Shown: positions 58,800 to 64,000 of the stretch, piece after piece
How the letters are laid out: each line of letters opens with the position of its first letter
How positions within the stretch are numbered: the first letter of the stretch is position 1
DNA from: Octopus sinensis
Taxonomy: Eukaryota
Assembly (NCBI RefSeq): GCF_006345805.1
Contig: NC_042998.1
Coordinates: forward strand, 75,578,001-75,642,000
Direction: 5' to 3'
DNA: 64,000 nucleotides
Notes under the pieces: model-generated
Database searches by the model: none
The model's input: only the letters and a program-made list of their open reading frames with translations
Told to the model about the DNA's origin: nothing
Made by a program: the position numbers and the translations under genes

Positions 58800-59640
58800 A
58801 AGTTTTTTTTATATTGTCTATCCTGACAACCATCTCGACACCTTGTCCTCTTACTGAATTGGAATCTTCGACGTTTCATCACGAGATTACAGTGTGCATC
58901 GAAGGTGTCCCATGGAACGCCAATCTGTCAAATGTGGTGTACCCTTCAGTTCAGTTAGGCTGTTTACCACACTCTCATCCTACTGAATATTAACAACCTG
59001 CAAGCTAGGAAGTCATTCCTATGTAGCTGATGACATCTTACTGAGTTTCTTCCCACAGTCATTATCCATATGCAATCTATATACCACACACTAGACTTAC
59101 TCAGCTTCCATTAATCTCTAAAATTTCTCAAATGAAACCATGAATACCTTGCCTCTTACAAAGCATAAAGAAATAGCTATTTTTGCTACCAGGAAAACAC
59201 TATTGTATTTCGCACTTTCTAGTTTTGAACAACATGCAATTAACTCTTGAGACCGCTACAACTCTTGAGACTGCAACAAATTCAAGGTCCTATAATATTT
59301 GATGATCTTTACTGATTGCCCTAAAATCATTGCATTGCATAGCTAAGTCTTCATGCCAAAGACTACTCACGCATCTGATGCTGTTGCTACTAAAATGCAG
59401 ATCTCTTCTAAAACGCAATCATTCAACTGATTGCCACTGATCCATTCTTCCACACCCTACAGTCTCTGGCTTCTATAACGAGCTTTGTTCATCTGAACTA
59501 ACAAATTTCTAACTACTTCCAGCTAGCTACCATCTAATTTTTGCTCATGCTGTTTTCATCCCTCAGACCCTGCCATTCTTCCTTTACACATCTCAGCTAC
59601 ATAGAAACCGTATCGTTCTGGCCACTCTCCTTTCCTCATG
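58800..59640 (+). mobile_element. Highly degraded CR1/L2-group LINE RT remnant
   Basis: Remnant motifs SVKCGVPFSSV (GVPQGSV-like), SYVADDI, FYNELCSSEL. Confidence 0.45.
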
Positions 59641-61631
59641 AACAAATAATTGTACGAAAATAAGTTTGACTAACTTCACATAAACTGAATGAAAACCAGG
59701 CTGAGTATCCTCTTGAAGATTGCCCTACGATGTTTTCGTAACAGAAATTATCAATATATTGATTGAATTTTACGTGTGATGTAACCAGAACCATTATAGA
59801 AATCTCAAAAATATTCATGTCATATTTGGTTATGTGATTATTCTAAAGTAATAAACAACTGAAGTTGCATCAATAAGCGGTAAAATCCAATTTATGGTGG
59901 TCTGCAATAGCTATAACAGAAAATATGACCCGAGGTTTTAATTGCCAAAATCATTAATTATTTAGAAACCAAATCTGTCCCATGATGTCACTACCAATAA
60001 TTATTGACGTACTTTGTAACATTTTGTTTCATGTACCATTCTCTTTACATCTGTTACGTTTTGGATGTATATTTGAAGTATTAGGACAACTCTCAGGCAC
60101 AAAAAGGTTTATTGTATACTAATTCATACAATACCTTCCATGTCTTTAGAGACAATCACTGAAGGAGTCATAATCTTCTTTCCTTATCAAAACTGTGCAC
60201 GAACATAATGCTTCTGTTTCATGTAATAATATTAATAATATTTCTTATCTATAAATTGAGTATTAAATTCCTAGTTTCAAGCCAAATAACTTATATAATT
60301 ATGTATGTACTGTATAACATATGCTTCGAAATTATCTAGTGAACATAAATCTAGCTGAAACAACAGCAGAAAGAAAGGGTACTGCAACACAGATAACGTC
60401 TGACTCCTTGAAATTACAAGGTCTACAGTACACTTGTAGAACAATCAAGTCACCACTTATTTTGTGTTCGTGAGTGAAATAGCTTTTAGTTTCTTAATGA
60501 TAGGAATCGAACTTTTTTTATTTAGTGCATAAAAATCTAAAAAAAGTGATTACTAAAGCATATTCAAGATATACAATGCATAAATAGAATATATCGAATG
60601 ATAAGGTTATATGCTTTCTCTTTAGAATTTATGTAACTACAAGCCTTAAACATTAATTTAAATATATTTAGAATATTGCATTTCTTGTAATGCTCATGTT
60701 ATCTCTGGATCTATTTTGTTCAATTACATATATATCCTGAAATATTATCATATTTTAAAATAGCACAAAGCTATGTAAATTTATCATGCCAAAGGAACTC
60801 CTTTATTTTTTTTTATTTTTTATTTTTTATTTTTTATTTTTCAGTTTTGCTGTGAATCACGACGTTAGAAGAAAACTGATAAATGATTAGAAGAAGTAAA
60901 CGTACAAGAAAATCAACTGTTACATCTGCCGGTTAATAAAGAAAGCACAGAATTGGCATACATGCAGTGAGTTATTTCAAAGTATAAATAATCTACCCTG
61001 ATATAGCAACAAAATGATGACCAAAATATATCAGGTAATGAAAAGATAAATTATCAGCATTCTTACAGAATTACTAGCGGTGTGAGACACGAAATGACTG
61101 ACGGCAACATCGATATTATGCGACCCAGTTTTTTTTTGTTTTACTAACGCCCTCTGGGGAAAATGTAAACGTCACACTTTCCATTCTTATGCAAAAGTTG
61201 CTGTGAGTTTTCCAAATAACGAAAATAATTAGTACGCTCAAAGATAGGGAAATCGTTGTAAATATCTACTTTTATGAGGTTTCATTTATTCCCAGAACAA
61301 CACCAGAAGATTTCGTTAGACTACAGCACAAATCTTCTATACTTAGGCCAGATATATGTTATAGTAAAGTTTTTATGCTCTTTTTTTCATTAAAATAAAA
61401 TCAGAAGAAGAATTACTGTTTTACTTGTAAGGTTTCAAAGATGGAGTCCGTAATTTTGTTTATTAGCTTGAGAAAATATTTATTTTAAATATTACCTTAA
61501 TGGAAGTGTAGATCGAATGATAGAAGGAAAAAAACTACACTCCAATTTAAATTGATACATTTCAGATTATAACTTTATAACTTCGTATATGAAGCTACAG
61601 CATGTAATATATGCGTATGTGTGCATATATA

Positions 61632-61696
<65 letters not shown>

Positions 61697-61853
61697 CGGG
61701 AAGGTTTACGAAAAAAAAAATATATATATATATAGTAGTAGTAGTAACAGAAAAGAGGAATTTCGATTATCCCCACGTGGTGAGTTGTAATGTATATAAG
61801 AAATTTAAAAAGGGAAATACGCACACTTACATAGTTTTAATATAGTTTTTAAT

Positions 61854-61888
61854 ATATCGACCGGTTTCGCTATTGCTATTCATGATAT
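61854..61888 (-). ncRNA. Ultra-minimal type I hammerhead motif, A3-U8 core variant
   Basis: Minus strand ATATC-ATGAATA-GC-AATA-GC-GAAAC-CG-GTC-GATAT; helix I 5 bp, helix II 2 bp with G10.1-C11.1, palindromic ACCGGT, GUC triplet. Confidence 0.65.
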
Positions 61889-62073
61889 TATGTTTTACTT
61901 ATTTGAATATATATATAAATATATATTTTTCCCCCTAAGAAATTTGTTCCATTTTGTGTGTGATGAAATTCACGAGTGAATGACCTCACAAGTAGACAAA
62001 TAAAGGGAGGTAATTGGTTGTCGTTATTATATTCGTATATATATTATATTCGTGTATATATATATATATATAT

Positions 62074-62229
62074 ACGACAGGCTTCTTTCAGTTTCCGTCC
62101 ACCAAATCCACTCACAAGGTTTTGGTCGGCCCGAGGCTATAGTAGAAAACACTTGGCCAAGGTGCCACGCAGTGGAACTGAACCCCAAGCCCCGAATCGA
62201 TCTTCTTACCTCACGCCCACGTCGCGCCT
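62074..62229 (-). mobile_element. SINE family B, 5' half
   Basis: Homologous to 18909-19067. Confidence 0.75.
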
Positions 62230-62407
62230 ATTAGTAATCAGAGAACGATTCACGAATTTATGCGTCGTCATTATACATATATATACACATATATATAAAA
62301 ATATATATTGATATATATATATATATATATATACATACATATATATATACATAAATAATATATATATATACATTATATGTGTGTGTGTGTATGTGTAATA
62401 TTTGGGA

Positions 62408-62686
62408 CTAACTAGTCCTGCTTTCTTCAACATCGTGCCAGCTCACATAAAGAAGGAAAGTGACTTCACGGCATTCAAACGGTCCCTAGAACTTTAACAA
62501 ATACCCGACAAACCACCCACACCCGGATATATCTCTAAAAACAATAACTCTCTGCTCGAATGGGTTATGGTACCCAAGAGCTGACTGTGTATCTCTTCCA
62601 GGCGGACTTTTAACATAGACACGGCCTGAGCCAACTTCGGCCAAAACTTATCTAAGTACTCTAAGTACTCTAAGTAATCTAAGTAA
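62408..62686 (+). mobile_element. 5'-truncated 3' end of a CR1/L2-group LINE related to the 40-43 kb element
   Basis: Translates SPAFFNIVPAHIKKESDFTAFKRSL..QIPDKPPTPGYISKNNNSLLEWVMVPKS*, matching the ORF2 C-terminus at 40006; tail of four 9-bp units TCTAAGTA(C/A) at 62651-62686. Confidence 0.85.
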
Positions 62687-64000
62687 TAATGAAATAGTAA
62701 TTATATCTAAATCAACTTTTATGTGTGTGTGTATGCATGTATGTGAGTTTGCGTGTATTTTTGCGTGTATTTTTGTGTGTATGCATGCATGTGTGTGTGT
62801 TTTGCTATGATTACAAGACTTAAAAATTTGGTAATATTGCTTATTTCCCACACCACGGTAGAGCTTCAGTGACTGAAACTAGCAAAAGCGTTGTGGAATC
62901 TTATTATATCGTATATATTTTTTTCCATTTTTTCTCTGACCCAGTACTTAATAGGATAATGTAGGCGGACGAGACAAGTGAAAGTTAAGTATATTTGTCA
63001 TGGGCTATACACAATACTAAAGACACCATATAAATCAAAATATATTTGTCTCCGAGACCAAGTAACCATCGATTTATTTGTTACAGTATTAGCCCACTGA
63101 TGTGTGCATGTGTGTTAAAGACAGAAATAGACAGACACTAGAGACAGACGGACAGAGAGATAGACAGAGAGGTACAGAGTGAGATGATTGAGTGGAATGC
63201 AAACATTTCACTTATAAGAACTTTAGTTAACTTATTTAAATTTCTTCGGCTTTCACTTGTCAGATCTGCTGTATAGCTCCAGAAAATATGAGAGATTTAA
63301 AACTAATTTAAGTTCAATTTACAAATTTTTATACAACCTTCCGAAAACTGAATAAATATGCGGTCTAATCAAATGACAGTTTGACAGACTAGAAAAATCA
63401 ACAGGTAAAATAAACCTGAATTATTTTCATCATGATGTGAAATTTAATTTCTTTTCTTTCTTTCTATATATGTTGCAATTTCTTCATTCGTTTAATTAAA
63501 GATCTTAATTAATGCTCAGTGGCTTTTATGCATCACATTCCTCCAATTAATTTTACATGAAGCAAAATTATGCAGTAAAATCGGATGGGTAGAAGTGGCA
63601 TTTGCTAACATTTGTCCAAAAGTATGGAAAAAAGAATACAATGCTTTACATATGCTTATTCACAGTAAAAAGCAATTCTAATTGGTAACCGACGTTCAAT
63701 GCATGTATTTAATTCTCAACACTGATACATTTAAGTCCAATATAATGGGCTTTTTGCAAATGTTAGTCTTAAAAATAATTTATTTATTAAAATATCTTTT
63801 CTTCATTTAATAAATGGGATGTCATCTGTTAAAAAAATTTCAACATACACATTACAATTGCACAATATTTCTTGTTAATACTGTCTATTGTTAAGTGTCA
63901 AAAACTTTCTTCCATCGAGGCCAGTGATATTATTCCACATCTTTTCCAAATCCGTTTCTCATTGCTTTTTGTTTCCTTTCTTGTTTTTCTCGTTTTTCTG

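Overview
Very AT-rich eukaryotic intergenic or intronic DNA, dense in microsatellites and transposable elements. The SINE families, abundant (TA)n/(AGAT)n/(CA)n tracts and LINE/mariner content suggest a mollusc, most likely an octopus (inference, not proven). No host protein-coding gene is recognisable, and most ORF-track entries are microsatellite artefacts. Recognisable elements: a near-complete CR1/L2-group LINE (APE+RT, three single-base frameshifts) plus a related 3' fragment; a full-length dead mariner; a HERO-like and an R4/Dong-like RLE LINE fragment; Penelope-like (PLE) RT and GIY-YIG fragments; an RTE fragment; Tigger-like MITEs; a Helitron-like element; and about 11 tRNA-derived SINE copies. 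The most striking unexplained structure is a set of short, non-coding, (TA)n-anchored elements carrying minimal type I hammerhead ribozyme (HHR) folds with palindromic helix III, mostly combined with large fold-back palindromes or inverted repeats. Their catalytic cores show three different Watson-Crick versions of the 3:8 core pair (C-G, U-A, A-U). In one case a perfect 473-bp palindrome has its axis exactly in the HHR helix III palindrome, next to a 474-nt cleavage-site-to-cleavage-site repeat unit. All folds were assigned by eye; no computation or database search was run.
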